Source: Octopus vulgaris (taxonomy: Eukaryota). From it: a DNA stretch of 64,000 nucleotides. The position numbers were made by a program, and so were the translations under genes. This document shows, one piece after another, positions 36,791-49,921 of this stretch (its first letter is position 1; each line of letters starts with the position of its first letter). The stretch covers positions 41,726,001 through 41,790,000 of the forward strand of contig OX597837.1 in the NCBI GenBank assembly GCA_951406725.2, given 5' to 3'. Below the pieces are notes generated by a model, which saw nothing but the letters and a program-made list of their open reading frames with translations, made no database searches and was not told the DNA's origin.

Positions 36791-38379
36791 TCATGGCACT
36801 GCCTTTTGCGACCCCCGATCTTTTTTTTTTTTTTCTAATTTATGTAGATTGGCTGAACCCAAAGGAATATCTCTCTGGCAGGCTTTGCTTTTCCTTCCTG
36901 CAGTTATTATTTTTTTGGTGAAATATCCTGCCCTCAACTGCGTTGCTACATCTGCCTGGAACTGCAGAGGGTCGCACCGCTTGCGAACCCCTCCTGATTT
37001 GGTATATAATATAAATGCATTTACAATGCTCATGTTTACTATATACCAAACCAAGTATCGCCACCATTTATTACCCGGTCTACCAACCGGATAATAACTC
37101 ATCATCTGGTTCATCCGATCCACACCGCCCATGTACTTGTTATAATCAAGGTTCACAAACAGTGCCATTTTCATCTACACATGGTTGTGCACTGGTAGAT
37201 AGAAAATTTATCTGCCTCTTATCTCTGTATGAGGTCGCTAGCAGATTTCCTTTCTGCCGTTGGATTATTTCACCTCTTTTTTAATTTTGCTTTTTTTTTA
37301 TATCCAACGGCAGTCCTTTTCTACTAGCGATCACTGTAGCACATGTATGTGTTGCCACAGTATCTAAATTCTCCGCAAGTTTGACCGAACTGAAAAATCG
37401 GTCAAAAAATAACATACGGACCTGGTTATGGTATGGAAGAGATAAATTCCAGACCACATTGTACCCTAGGCCGTGCTGACTAACAGTATTGTCTCTTTTT
37501 CCAGTGTAGAAGCTAAATCCACAGCAGTACCCTGTATTTGATTTGCACATCTTCCAAACTTTGAGCCCCCATTTTGTGGGCTTTCCTGGCATATACTGCT
37601 GAAAATGTACTCGGCCTTTATAGCCCACCCTCATCGACGGATAAATACCTTCCAGGGTTGTGAAATTTTTTATAGGCATTTTGAACACCGTCAATGAGGG
37701 GTCTTATTTTAAATATGGGGTCAAAGCCTGGTTCTCCACGTACTGCTAGTGTCTCTTATGTGTAAGTATTGATTTAGTTTTATAAATCTTATTCTGGTCA
37801 TTATATTGGAAACATACTGATCTCCAAAAAGTTCCTGATTGCTCCAGTAATTCGTAATTCTGGGCAACTGCCTTATGCCCATAATAATATTTATGGCAAA
37901 AAATGCCCGCATTTCTTCTACGGTTGTTGGGTACCACAAGCTATCTTTTTTTCGAGCTTGTTTACTTTCTGCGTAACGGTTTGTCTCCGCAGTTATTTCT
38001 TCAAACAAGCATACAGGAAAAAAAAAAAAAAGTCTATTGCTCTCGCTTCCTGAGAAAGACTATGGGTAGACCCTGTCTCCTCAGAAAAATCGTTAATCGA
38101 CACTTTTTTTAAATTGTTACTCCATTCTGGTGTAAATTTATCCTTTTTTGTGTCGCTGCTTTCAGTTTCTGATGAATCACTTTCAGTCTTTGATAAATCG
38201 CTTTCGGATACTGAAACATCCGATTCAAATCCATCCACCACGTGCTTTTCTGCTTCATCCATTCTTCTCCTCGAAATCTCCATATCTTCTCTTGAAAAAC
38301 CTTCAAATTCGGAGTCACTGCTTGATAGCATAAAACTGCTCTCCATTATAATGCTCTGAGTGTGAGTTAAATATATCAA
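36791..38379 (-). pseudogene. piggyBac transposase family 2, nearly full length, frameshifted
   Basis: SSSDSEFEGF N-terminus, YKGRVHFQQYMPGKPTKWGLK, FFDRFFSS, DYNKYMGGVDR. No TIR seen. Confidence 0.92.
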
Positions 38380-39814
38380 AATTAGATGATAATTTGGATA
38401 TTCTTACGGAAATATTTCTAACTAAAGAATTAATTATATTTGGGGGATGATTAGATAATTTACTTACGTAACTAGTGATTTCACCTTCTTTTCTAAATGG
38501 GTAATGTAGTTTGGAGTTAAAGTCTAATGTAATATCTAGAAAATTGACTATTTTAGTGCCTGGTTCATAGGTTATGCTAAGGTTGAAATCTTTAAAGAAC
38601 CTATTTTTCTTTTTGATCCTTTCAATGTTTGATTTATTATTACTATGGACAACAAACAAAGCATCATCTCTATATAAACCACCTTGTAATTCCGGGATCT
38701 CCTTTTTTATGCATTTTAATAGATATGTGCCTACTAAATTAGTCACCTCAGCCGAATCACTGGAACCCATGGGTATATCGAAATTATTAGGGGTGTCTGC
38801 TCTGGTCCATAATTTTCCCTCAAACTCTATAAATGTTTTTCTAGCTAATAGTACAATGTCGATTTCTTCTCTAGATATGAGGGAGCGATTCATAGTGAAT
38901 ATAAGTGATTTATTTAATAGAAATGGGGAGATACTAGAGTAATAGTTGTTTATGTCGAATTGAATGAAGGCCAGATTATTGGTATTAATTAGGGAGTTAA
39001 ACCATTTTAGTACCTCATCGGTATTTATCCATAGACTTAAGGGAAGAAGTGGGGTTATTTGGGGTAGAACACTATCAAGGATAGATTTACTAAGTCGGCC
39101 AATATCCGACTTAGTTGGACAAATAAGCCTTACCGACAGGTTTTCTAAGAAATTCTTTTTGTGGTCCTTGAGATTAATCCTAGGTTCGCACGGTACAATC
39201 GGTTCAGTTCTGTCTGTTAGATCATATCTCTCCATAATAGCTTTCATTTCTAAGTTTGTTTCCTTTAAGTTTCCCTTAGTAGTAGTTTTGTATTTGGAGT
39301 TGAGTTCCTTCTTAATTAATTTGCTATGAAGTGTATAATCTACTCTATACAGATTACCAGTTTTATCCGCTGGTACTAGTATTCCTTGCTTGTTCCGGGT
39401 CGATTTGATAAATTTACTGAGATGCTTGAGGTGGTGGTTGTACCTTAACGGGTGTTCCTTGAATTTAATCCCTTCTATGAGGTTTAGTAGATCCTTTTCA
39501 AAATTTTCTAGGAGTGAGTTCGGAGGTGGACTCTTTCTGCTTCTAAATATTCTGTCGAACTTCTTATCAGTATTCCTTACTTGAGTATTCTTTTTCTGCT
39601 TGATATCGAAGTGATATGTTCTCCATCTAATTCTTCTAATGAAGTCATTTATCCTATGAATAAGTAGCCAATAATATTCGTCCTTACTGTGGAAGGGGAT
39701 GTCTTTAGGGGAAAATTCGATGTTTATTTTTTTCCATTCTTGCTGAGAAGTTAAGTACCGGAAAAACATACAGACAGTATGGGAATATATTCGGTATAAG
39801 CAATTAAGATTCAA
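38315..39814 (-). mobile_element. Penelope-like family C RT ORF (YRDD type), 3' truncated
   Basis: 499-aa ORF: FSPKDIP, FIRRIRWR, VPADKTGNLY, FIQFDINNYYSSI, PMGSSDSAEV, GGLYRDD, NFLDITLD, SNHPP. Confidence 0.92.
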
Positions 39815-39900
39815 GTGAGTTCTATTGAATTCACATGTTTATAGCTATATATATATTTATAGATATAAACAAGAAAAAAGCAACAAGAATGGATTAGTTG

Positions 39901-39989
39901 TTCAGTACAATTGTTTCATACGAAGAACAGTTTTATTTAAAGCTGCAAATATTACAGCAAATACAAATGTCCCGTATTCATCAGCCAAA
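39901..39989 (-). ncRNA. Type I hammerhead ribozyme motif (PLE pLTR type)
   Basis: Minus strand: tttgg CTGATGA atacggg ... ttcgtat GAAA caattg TA ctgaa. Core, stem II and palindromic stem III are present; stem I relies on G-U pairs. Confidence 0.7.
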
Positions 39990-40335
39990 ACACATATGAG
40001 TTTTCCAAACATCCTAGGGAGTGAGGTTACCCTCATGAAGTATCGAAGAGAGTTCTATGAAATTCAAAGTTAGATTGTAAGCAGACTTAAAATGTTTTAT
40101 AAAAACTTTTTTAAATGATTAACTTCTCAGAGAAGGTAAATCCATCCATAATAATGCAGATGTAATTTCTGGAGATATGAGGAAAGATGTTATTAAAAGC
40201 CTTCATTGACCATCTTGTTTTAGATGCCCTACTTATACCCTGTATTCTGCTTTTATACTGATATTTCTTTATTATCCATAAGGATTAACACAGATGGGGA
40301 CAATACAATGATTTGGGGGTCAAAACATGGAACTT

Positions 40336-40413
40336 TTTACAGTGAAATCGGATGGATTATTTACAGTGAAATCAGATGGATTATTTACAGTGAAATCGGA
40401 TGGATTATTTACA
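40336..40413. repeat. 24-bp tandem repeat x3
   Basis: tttacagtgaaatcggatggatta repeated head to tail. Confidence 0.9.
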
Positions 40414-40548
40414 AGGGAGTTATAATGAAAATGAAATCGAATAAGAACAAACAACAGTAAGGGACAAATGAAGTTAAAAGAACAGGGTAGCCGACCCCAA
40501 GAACCCTGTCATTTCAGCTGAAACTTTTGGTAGGTGATCATGGCGTGT

Positions 40549-42800
40549 TCATGCAGGGCCTTTCACACCCAGCATCCATGCTACATGCATCCATCTTTTT
40601 TTTAATATAGACTTTGTCAGACACCTTTTCTCTAGCTCCACCTTCCTCTTCAGATGGAACCTGAAGAAGTTCGTTAGGGCGGTGCCAGAGATCATGGTGT
40701 CTGACATTAAGTCTTTCACTCTAGTCTTCCATATAACCTCTTTCGCAACTGCTACTATCACGAGAAAGCAATGCTTACCTTCGTTCGTCATGAAACCAGG
40801 CGGGTCAATTTTAAAGATTGACTCAGACGACAGCTGTACTCTTCCCTCGTCCGACAACAGGTGTTCGGCATAAACCCACACTTCCGAAATCTCCGGACAT
40901 TTAACAATGGCGTGCAGGACTGTTTCCACATCCTGTCCGCATCTTGGACAGACCGAAGGTCCAGTGACCATGTCTTGTGAGTTTATCTCGAACGGGTAAG
41001 GCTCTTCTGTAACACTGCCAGGCCAGGGACTTCTGAAAGTTATCCAGCATCCCTGGTCTGAATGTCCTTTGGAACAGGCTGTCCAACTGATTACCATCGA
41101 GACCCAGGGTCCTTTCCAGGGTATCGTCATTTCCGGCCTCTACCAACCTGCTATAGAACGCTGCGGTTGTACCAAAGCCACCGGCATTGCCCGAGTTGCG
41201 GAAGCGTACGAGAGCCTTCCGGCACTCCGAATACCACATACTTGATCTTAGTCTGCGACGAAACCAGGTTCCTCTACCACCAAAACTGGCAAAGCTGGGG
41301 AACGTCCGTTTTGCGAGCGGGGACCACACCCGTTCACCTTCCAGTAGATCTCTTGGCCCTTTCAACCGAGTTTCAGTAGCTACAACAATATCTAAATTGT
41401 GTGACCTGATGTCATTCAGGAAACGCCCCTGTTTCCAGTTCGTCATCAGGCCACGTACATTTATACAACCTACTTGAACAGCCATAAATCACTTACCTTG
41501 CTCCTTCTGAGTCCGGGCGGGGGGTAACCGTTTCCTCTTCGACCGGGCCTCGTGGGTTCGGCTGGATCAGGCCCTCGTACAGGCGGTTCGAGACCTCCAT
41601 CCACAGAGGGCCCACATCCTTCCTGAAATTGTTCGCCAGCACATTATAGGCTTTGTGATTTATTTTATAGATCTTTATTAGATCCTTCTTTAGCTGGTCT
41701 TTCACCTCTATTTCTTGTAGGTGCTGTGTTTCTACGCGTCGCATCACCTCACTGTCAACCGTCCGGATCGCGACGAAGGCGTTGTTGCTGTTCTCCGGCT
41801 TTTTTGCCTTTTTAATGTCCCGTTTTCTTCCTTCGGCTTTTCCTTTTTCCAGGGATGGATTTCTGTGCTTTCTTTTTGAGGCAGCGGCTGTCCATCCCTC
41901 CCCATCTTTCTCCTCTGGTGTTGATGTTGCTAGTTCTACTGTTGCTAGAGTAGCAGAGGTTGAGGGCTTTGCTGTTCTGCCTATTCCAGCCGGTTCGCAG
42001 TTTTTCCTGATGTGTCCCTTTTTTCCGCATAGGAAACACCTGGGTTGGCAACCTTCCACCATGACTGGCAGGCGGTTGTCGCTGATATCTATCACCTCGG
42101 TGAACTCATCTAAGGTGGCTGGTTCGGCCTGCAGTGTGATAGTTACTTTCTGGCCGACCCAGAATTTTGCTTCTTCCACCACCGCCACCAGTCTCTCGGG
42201 CTCTATTTCGGGAGGGATCCTTGTGATTGTTACTTTTGTGGTACTTCTGCCCATATATATAGGCAGGAGGAAAACCTCATCCGACTTCAGAGGTTCCACT
42301 GAGTGGAGTCTAGCTTCCTCCACTGTGCCGAACCTCACTTTGACCGTGGCAAATTTTTTCCCTCTGGAAATAAATTTTATTTTGTCCCATACAGGACCGA
42401 GGCACTTCTCTACTTGGTTTTCAGTGGAGAACCCAATTTTTCTCTCTTTGACATTGTATGTCTTAAAGATTGCTGTTCTTCGTTCGACGTCCTCCTGTGT
42501 CTCTCTGGGTTGTATCATTTTGGTCTCTGATCCGGACCTTGCTCTAAAGCGTCTAAATTTTCTAGGCATATCTCTGTCTTTTTCTCTCCAGCCGCTGCTG
42601 CGAAGTTCAGTGTTTCTTTCACGGCACCGGCCTCGAGGCTTGGTGCCACTATAATTCTTCTTGCTACTGGTTTCCTTTTGTCCGTGTCCGACTCCAAGTC
42701 TGACGATGGTTTCGGCTCACGGATTTCAGTTTCTGCTATTTCTCTTTCTGAGTTTGCCATTATTTTGGCTCCTCGCACAGGTGGGGGTGGCAGTTGTACA
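40549..42800 (-). mobile_element. L1/Tx1-clade LINE with RT deleted
   Basis: ORF1 41493..42569 has a CFLCGKKGHIRKNC knuckle. ORF2 starts at 41485 (CINVRGL...DIVVATETRL) and after about 48 codons jumps to the C-terminal region (CPRCGQDVETVLHAIVKC). Confidence 0.85.
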
Positions 42801-42972
42801 GTGCTGCCTACCTGTTGGGTTTCTGCAGTCGCTGGCTGTCGAACGGCGATGAAAAAAGTCAGCAGTTGGGTAGTCCGATGGTCAGTGCGTCATGGTGACA
42901 AGTGAAGAACAAGTAGGTCAGAATGCGAGTATATGATTACTAATATGTCAAGAAGACAGATCTGCTTTTATA

Positions 42973-43570
42973 CTAAATAACTTCTCCCAGTCTATTGAGG
43001 CGCTCATCTGTCGTCTCTGAAGCTCTTGCATTTGCAGTTGTTCCAGCGTTTCTATTCAGTCGAAGCTGACGCTGGGCATCATTTTCTGAGGCTCTTGAAT
43101 TTGCGTTGACTGTAGGTTTACTTCTTAGTCGATTACAACGCTGCATTTCACTTTCTGAAGCCCGAGCAGCTGCTTTGGACACTGCATCTTTCTTTTTTCG
43201 AAGTGAGTGTGCAACTTCACTCTCTGCAGCTCTTGCATTTGCAGCTTTGGCCTTGGCTTTCTTTGCAAGCCCTTTGTTTCTGTTCTTGTTCACTCACAAC
43301 ACTACACGCACGTGAACTGGAAGGAGTATTACCGATGTCTGGAAGTAAAACATCGGTAGAACTTTCAAATGCATGTGCAAGTGCATTGAAATCGTTGTTA
43401 CTATCTGTTTTATTCAAACCACCCTCATCGATGGCCACAGCCCTCACTTCAGCAGAGCACCCTGCAATCTGCGACTGTCTTTGAAGGGAAGATTCATCTC
43501 TAAGCCGCCTTTTATTTTGGAGCTGCATCTTTGTTAATGTCAAAACTGTTCTTTTCCTTTACGGCATAAC
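42973..43570 (-). pseudogene. Probable Helitron Rep-helicase N-terminal repeat region
   Basis: Four RA(A/S)E..E...R.RL repeats of about 23 aa (STPR-like), of the kind seen ahead of Helitron Rep domains. Confidence 0.55.
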
Positions 43571-43706
43571 AGCAACGAGAGTAACGAATAGTAGCAATTG
43601 AACAATAAAATCTTAAAGTCAGTCAGACACCAATTCTTGTAATTTTCAGTCAAATCATTATAACAAAATTTCTATATTTTTGATTTGAATTAAGCAGGGG
43701 CATTTC

Positions 43707-44785
43707 CTATGCGGCTGATTCATTTTTAAAAAATACTATGGCATAGTTTGGTATGTGTACTTCTGCGTCCTCTATATCAGGGCTGAGGTGAGTTTCCACG
43801 AGTGCTATGCTAAGGGCTTGATTGCATGCAGTAAGATCTCTTCGGAAAGAAATTTTGTTTCTATTTTGATGCAACAGGCCCCCAATGTTTAGTAAAAGTA
43901 TTGGGGTGACGGCTGTGCAGGCGTTAGGGGAGGCCATCCCGTGTCTGTTGATTGTGGTGGTCTTGCATAGTGGTGGGCAGGGTTCCTTCTCTGTGCTTTG
44001 TGTAGCCAGGTTAGCTGCCGGACAATCCTTTGCGCCATGCACAAAAAGACTCTTGCTCAGCTGCTGCGTTGCGCAGAACATCTGAGGACCACACTTCTTT
44101 TCTGAATGTTTTCTTGGGAGACATTTCTTGTGTTCCCTCGGTAAAGTTTTTCTCTTTGAGTGCCCTGAAGTTCTGGCGGGGTGTCGGGTGGGCGAACCGG
44201 CAGTTTTTGCCGTCCTCACCATGCCAACATTTGCCCCCGCTGGTAGAATTTACAGGTTCTTCGGTGCCTTCCAAGATTTCTTCTTTCCAGAAGTGTACTG
44301 GGGGGCATTGGATCCTCCAGGGGGTTCTCTGCTGTTTGTGTCGGGGGTCGGGGTTTCAGCTTTGGTTGTTTTGCCTTTTCCTCCCTTTCCCTCCTTATTT
44401 TTGTTTTCGGTCCTTCCTTTTTTCTTCTGTTTTTCTAATTTCTCATTTCTTTGTAGGACCACTGGTACAGGGGGCTTCCGGTTTCTGCTCCCTTGGCTCC
44501 CCTATCCTTCACTACCTGGTCGTTCACTGGGGTAGGGGATCCATTTTCCTGAGGAATCTCTGGATCACAGAGACTTCTGGGTTCCTTCTGTTTTTTGTCC
44601 TCTTCATCCTCATCAACCTTGCCACAATAATTTTCAATTATGTTATCCAATGTTTTGATGTGTGGTCTTATAGGCATGTAAGACCGGATAAATTCACCTT
44701 TTTTTTTCGTTCTATTTGGTCAATGATTCTATGAAATCCATTGTTCTTTTGCGCAGCAGTGATGATGATGTTCGGCTGATTGCCA

Positions 44786-44790
<5 letters not shown>
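43707..44790 (-). pseudogene. LINE fragment: ORF1 with CCCH-type finger plus AP endonuclease start
   Basis: GKCWHGEDGKNCRFAHP, followed by LLLNIGGL...IALVETHLSPDIEDAEVHIPNY. Confidence 0.75.
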
Positions 44791-44832
<42 letters not shown>

Positions 44833-44954
44833 AAAAAATGAAGTTCGAAAATGCTGCTGTATTATACAATTTTTAATTTTTATATATACATTATAACATG
44901 TTTCAGTTCCTGAAATGAACCTTATCAAAAAAAGTTATATATAAAAAAAGACAG

Positions 44955-45403
44955 CTTTTTGTGGTCCTTGAGATTAATCCTAGGTTCGCACGGTACAATC
45001 GGTTCAGTTCTGTCTGTTAGATCATATCTCTCCATAATAGCTTTCATTTCTAAGTTTGTTTCCTTTAAGTTTCCCTTAGTAGTAGTTTTGTATTTGGAGT
45101 TGAGTTCCTTCTTAATTAATTTGCTATGAAGTGTATAATCTACTCTATACAGATTACCAGTTTTATCCGCTGGTACTAGTATTCCTTGCTTGTTCCGGGT
45201 CGATTTGATAAATTTACTGAGATGCTTGAGGTGGTGGTTGTACCTTAACGGGTGTTCCTTGAATTTAATCCCTTCTATGAGGTTTAGTAGATCCTTTTCA
45301 AAATTTTCTAGGAGTGAGTTCGGAGGTGGACTCTTTCTGCTTCTAAATATTCTGTCGAACTTCTTATCAGTATTCCTTACTTGAGTATTCTTTTTCTGCT
45401 TGA
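44955..45403 (-). repeat. 449-bp duplicate of 39155-39603
   Basis: Identical by eye at offset 5800; ORFs 39390..39584 and 45190..45384 translate identically. Confidence 0.95.
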
Positions 45404-45678
45404 CTAGTCAAGCAGAAAAGGACGTCATCAATATTCTGACTAATGACTGTCCCCTGTTTGTATCCTGTCCATTCTAGCAGAGCTAGACGTCATCAACTTG
45501 TTGACCAATCAGAATCGGGTCTGACCCTTAGCTGTATCGTATGTATCGGGGTCAGATTTGCACGAAAGAATTTTTTTCCTTTTTTACTAAGGCATATTTC
45601 CGTCAGAGCGAGTGTCTGTTTAAAGTAGCGGCCGTGGTGGAATTTTGCTTCTCCTTTTCGGAGGACTTATCTTTTGTT

Positions 45679-47336
45679 TTAGTATTCTTGGCCCAGGGTG
45701 TTTAAACTTGGTCTAAATTTTTTTATGAAATATAGTTCTTTATTTTGGCATTGTGTGAAGGTTGCGTTGTCACTGAATTTATAGAGCGGGTTAGTTGTAA
45801 ATTTCGGATTTACATTTCCAGCATATCTATCTATGTGTCCGCTGACCGGTATTTTGCGGTAATCAGGGTTTCTAATTTGTGATTTATGCACCGCCATCCT
45901 GTTACGTAAGCTATTTTTTGTATGGCCTATATACTGCCTATTGCAGCCTGCGCATGTTATGACGTAAATTAAGTTTTCTGATGCGCAGGTGAAGTTTGTT
46001 CTAATGGTGAACTGGTGGCCTTGTTCCAGTATAAATTCTGATCCTTCTTTCAAGATGACACAGATTCCGCAGTTGGGCCTTCCACATTTTCTAACTGCTG
46101 GTTTTGTGGTTGATGTTGAGTGCAGTGTAGCTTGGGTTAAAATCCTTTTCAAGGATTTTGGTTGCCGTTTACTTTTAATGATGGTGTGTGTTTCGAGGAT
46201 CCGGTTCATCTTTGGGTCTCCCTTTAGTAGGGCTGTGCTTTGTAGTATGGTGTTGAAGGCCTCATTGTTGAGTGGGTTGTGTGTAGAGATGTAGGGAAGG
46301 GTTTTTAATTGTTCTTTCTTTTTTGGTTTTGTTTGTCTCAGGTCTTCTATACTTAATTTAAGTACCCGTTGGATTGCACTGTCTATTAGGGGCTGTGGAT
46401 AGTTTCTATTTGTGAGTGTGGTTCTAAGTTCCTGGAGACGTGTGTGTCGGGTGTTTGTGTCTGATATTATGGTGCAAATCCTTCTAGCTAAACAAAAAGG
46501 GACATTCATTCTAGTGTGTCGTGGGTGGCATGAATCAAAGGGTAGGTACTGTTTAGAGTCTGTCGGTTTATAGTAGATATCTGTCTCTATTTTGTTGCCG
46601 GTTTTCTTAATGAGGATGTCTAAAAATGGTAATTCTTTTTCGTTGTGGTCCATCGTGAATTGTATATTGTCATTTATTCCATTTAATAGTATTTTAAATT
46701 CCTCAAGTTTCTCTATACCTTTGTCCCAGATGATGAAACAGTCATCGAGGTATCTTTTCCAGTTGTTATAGATATAGGTGGCGAAGGTGTTTCCATATTT
46801 CTCGAGTGTCATCCGGTATAGTATTTTCTCGAGGTATCCCATCACTAGGTTGGCAAAAGATGGTGCAGTACGCGTGCCCATCGCTGTTCCCGATCTTTGC
46901 CTGTAGAAATCATTGTCAAAAATAAAATAATTGTTCTCTAAAATGAATCTAAGTCCTTCTATTATAAGGTCTTTGTTTATGCGAGTTGGGAGTTCAAAGG
47001 GGTAGTTATTCAGCCAGAAGGTGATCGCTTCTATTCCTAGGTTGTGAGGGATGTTAGAATAAAGATTAACTACGTCGAATGATACTAGAAGGGTTTTCTC
47101 ATTGACTGTTTTAGGGAGGTGGTTGAGCATATCTATATCGTCTCTTACGTAACTTTTGATGTGTTTTAGGAAAGGTTTAAGAAGTGTGTCTAAGAAATTG
47201 CTGAGGCGGTGAGTTTCACATGCTGGCCCTGCTATTATCGGTCTTAGTTTAAGATCATTTGGTGAAGGGATTTTGATGAGTGTGTCGGTGGATGTTTTGC
47301 ACGTTTCTCTAATGGTTTGGCTTTTGTGTACCTTAG
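45679..47336 (-). mobile_element. Penelope-like family A, uninterrupted RT + Cys linker + GIY-YIG (5' truncated)
   Basis: ORF 45679..47406: PKVHK, LRPII, SFDVVNLY, GTAMGT, KRYLDD, CGRPNCGIC, NLIYVITC..C..QYIG. A 3' pLTR at 45404-45678 resumes at 44826-44945. Confidence 0.95.
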
Positions 47337-47339
47337 GGA

Positions 47340-47880
47340 TATATATATATATGTGTAGGTGTGTTTGTGGATACGCGAGTGTGTGTGTGTAACTGTATAA
47401 GGACAAAATATATAAAAAAAAAAAGTTGCTAGTGGGGAGAGGTGGAGCGCAGTCACTAAGAGGAGGGGGCTGTGTTGAGTCCGTGTGGGGTATTGGTCTG
47501 TAGAGTGGAAATGAAACGTTGCTCCAAGTGAAGCCTGGATTGTGGAGAACCGTTGTGGGGCGATATCAAACAGAGATGTCATCGGGGGAATGGCTGGCCG
47601 AGCGGAAGTGACGGGAGAATTGGACCGTAGACGAAAATCCCTTAGATGTTCGGCGAATCAGTCTGAGAACCGGCGTCTCGTCTGTCCTATATACAGCATT
47701 CCACAGAGGTTGCATTTAACGCAGTATATGAGACCAGACGAAGTACACATAAAAGAATGTCTCATACGTACAGTTCGCTGGTTGGATATTTATATATTAG
47801 AAGAAATGAGGTACTCAGAAGATCGGATGGTTTATATTTACAGATATTCATTTGTATATTACATTTTTATATATCATATA
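47340..47880 (-). mobile_element. Penelope-like family D endonuclease end and tail (partly re-copied at 48428-48700)
   Basis: IRHSFMCTSSGLIYCVKCNLCGMLYIGQTRRR. Reverse-complement similar to 57178-57720. Confidence 0.85.
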
Positions 47881-48862
47881 ACTTAGATCATGTATTAGCG
47901 CTTTCTTCCATTCTAGTGGCGTTTTCAAATCAAACTAAGTTCCTGTGTGAGGAGTTTTGACCATTTTATAGTGGTATTGAGTTTGTAGTGGTGGGGAGGA
48001 ATATGACAGTACAAGAGGGTGATGGATGAGGAGAAAGTGAGAGAGAGAGAGAACGTGTGTGTGTGTGTTTTTGTATTTGGGATGAGTGCTAAAGAAAAAG
48101 AGGGGAAGGGAGAGGGAAGAAGAAAAGAATTATTTTTGGTCTGCTGGGCAGAATATTGACTCCAAGGGGGTTACAAGATCTTGGGGAAAAAAGAATTTCA
48201 GTTTTGACCATTTCAGTGTCACTGAGTGTGTGGTGGCGGGGAGGGAGGTGGACCATAAATTATATCATTCATATGAGTGAAAGGTGTGTTTCTACCAGTG
48301 CATGCACCTATAGGATTTTTCAACCATTGTATTTACTAAAGGGAATTTGTCGAACAACATATGGAAAAGTTCGGAATTACAGACGTCACCAAATTTTCTG
48401 CCCCTTTCAAACGGAAAGGATACGGAAGTGACATGTGACGGGAGAATTGGACCGTAGACGAAAATCCCTTAGATGTTCGGCGAATTGGTCTGAGAACCGG
48501 CGTCTCGTCTGTCCTATATACAGCATTCCGCAGAGGTTGCATTTAATGCAGTATATGAGACCAGACGAAGTACACGTAAAAGAATGTCTCATACGTACAG
48601 TTCGCTGGTTGGATATTTATATATTAGAAGAAATGAGGTACTCAGAAGATCGGATGGTTTATATTTACAGATGTTTATTTGTATATTATTTTTTTATATA
48701 TCAATGCTCAAGCCCATTCTGCTAAAAAAAACTAGCTAATCTGTTTTTAGTCTTCTGTATCATATTGTTCGGAGCATTCTGTAGCTAAAGTAGACAATCG
48801 TCTCGATACAGACCGCCGCAGATGTCCGGGAATTGGTCAGCCATTTCATAGATAATATAGAT

Positions 48863-49860
48863 TCAGACCAAATCGGCTATCTGGGCGCTATCTGTACTTC
48901 CCATTAGCACATCGAACTCGTTGGGGGTATCTCTGCGGACCCACAACTTATCGAACTGTATGAAAGATTTTCTAGCCGCTAAAATCACATTAATTTCCTC
49001 CCTGGAGAGGCCTGCCTTATTATGTGCATGCCATAGGGCCATATTGAGTACACTAGGGTTGATCAAAGGGTAGAAACTAGATATATCGAATTGAATGAAT
49101 TTTGTGTTGTCCTTATTAGTAATAGAAGTAAACCACTCTACGACTTGAGTGGAGTTAGACCATAAGCTGAGTTTTAACTTATTTATTAATATAGGTATGT
49201 ATTTATCTAAAATGTACTTACTAAGGGTACCGATGTCAGAACTAGAGGGGCATATGAGCCTTAATGCCGGGTTGGTATGAAAGTTTGGTTTATGGTCCTT
49301 AACGATGAATCTTGGTTGTCTGGGGTTCAGCGGTTGTGTTTTCATTTGTAATCTATACGTTTCCATGATTTTCTTAATTTCTAAGTTGGCTTGTCTGAGT
49401 GTATTCCTATTTGTTGTCCTGTAATTCTTGTGTATTTCTTTCTTGAGCATTTCTAAATACTGGTTCTTTGCAAGCTTATACATGTTCCCGGTTTTATCCA
49501 GTTGGACCAGGATAGCGTCTAATCTGTTTATATCTTTGGTGACTTTATCGAGGTATTTGAGGTGTTTATTCCTAAGGGGCGATTTACGGAATTTAATGTC
49601 CCTTACGATGTCCCACAGATCATCTTCAAATTCTTCAGTCTGGGATTAGGTGGAGGGGTTCCCCTCGACCTAAATAACTTTTTATATTCGAAAGAGGCGT
49701 TGATACTGTTCCGTTTCATGTCCTCATTATCGTGGAAGAAGGCGAGCCATCTGATGCGGTTGATAAATGCATTTGTTTTGTTAACAATTTCCTTAAGGAA
49801 GGCTTCTTTTGGTGGCATTGGTATGTCCTTAAGGGATGCGTTAATGTCGAACAACTCCAT
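48863..49860 (-). pseudogene. Penelope-like family E, N-terminal half of RT
   Basis: SLKDIP, FINRIRW, DKTGNMY, RLICP, FIQFDISSFYP, MGSTDSAQIADLV. Confidence 0.88.
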
Positions 49861-49921
49861 TTGCGGTATCGGTTAAGGTTCCATTCTTTCACATATATAT
49901 GCGTAACGCCAAAATAAAGAA

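Noticed and set aside
34016-38030. Poly-Lys or poly-Phe runs in TE ORFs as functional features
   Set aside because: They come from expanded A/T homopolymers that coincide with frameshifts; replication slippage or sequencing error is sufficient.
40336-40413. CRISPR-like or coding repeat (YSEIGWII x3)
   Set aside because: A simple 24-bp tandem triplication; ORF 40224..40460 has no other support.
41782-42654. 290-aa + strand ORF (also 44030..44734 and 52151..53272)
   Set aside because: Antisense or off-frame shadows of TE ORFs with no recognisable motifs.
45679-47406. Active or domesticated Penelope gene
   Set aside because: The frame is open but 5' truncated at PKVHK; the apparent start lies in the microsatellite tail of the neighbouring element.
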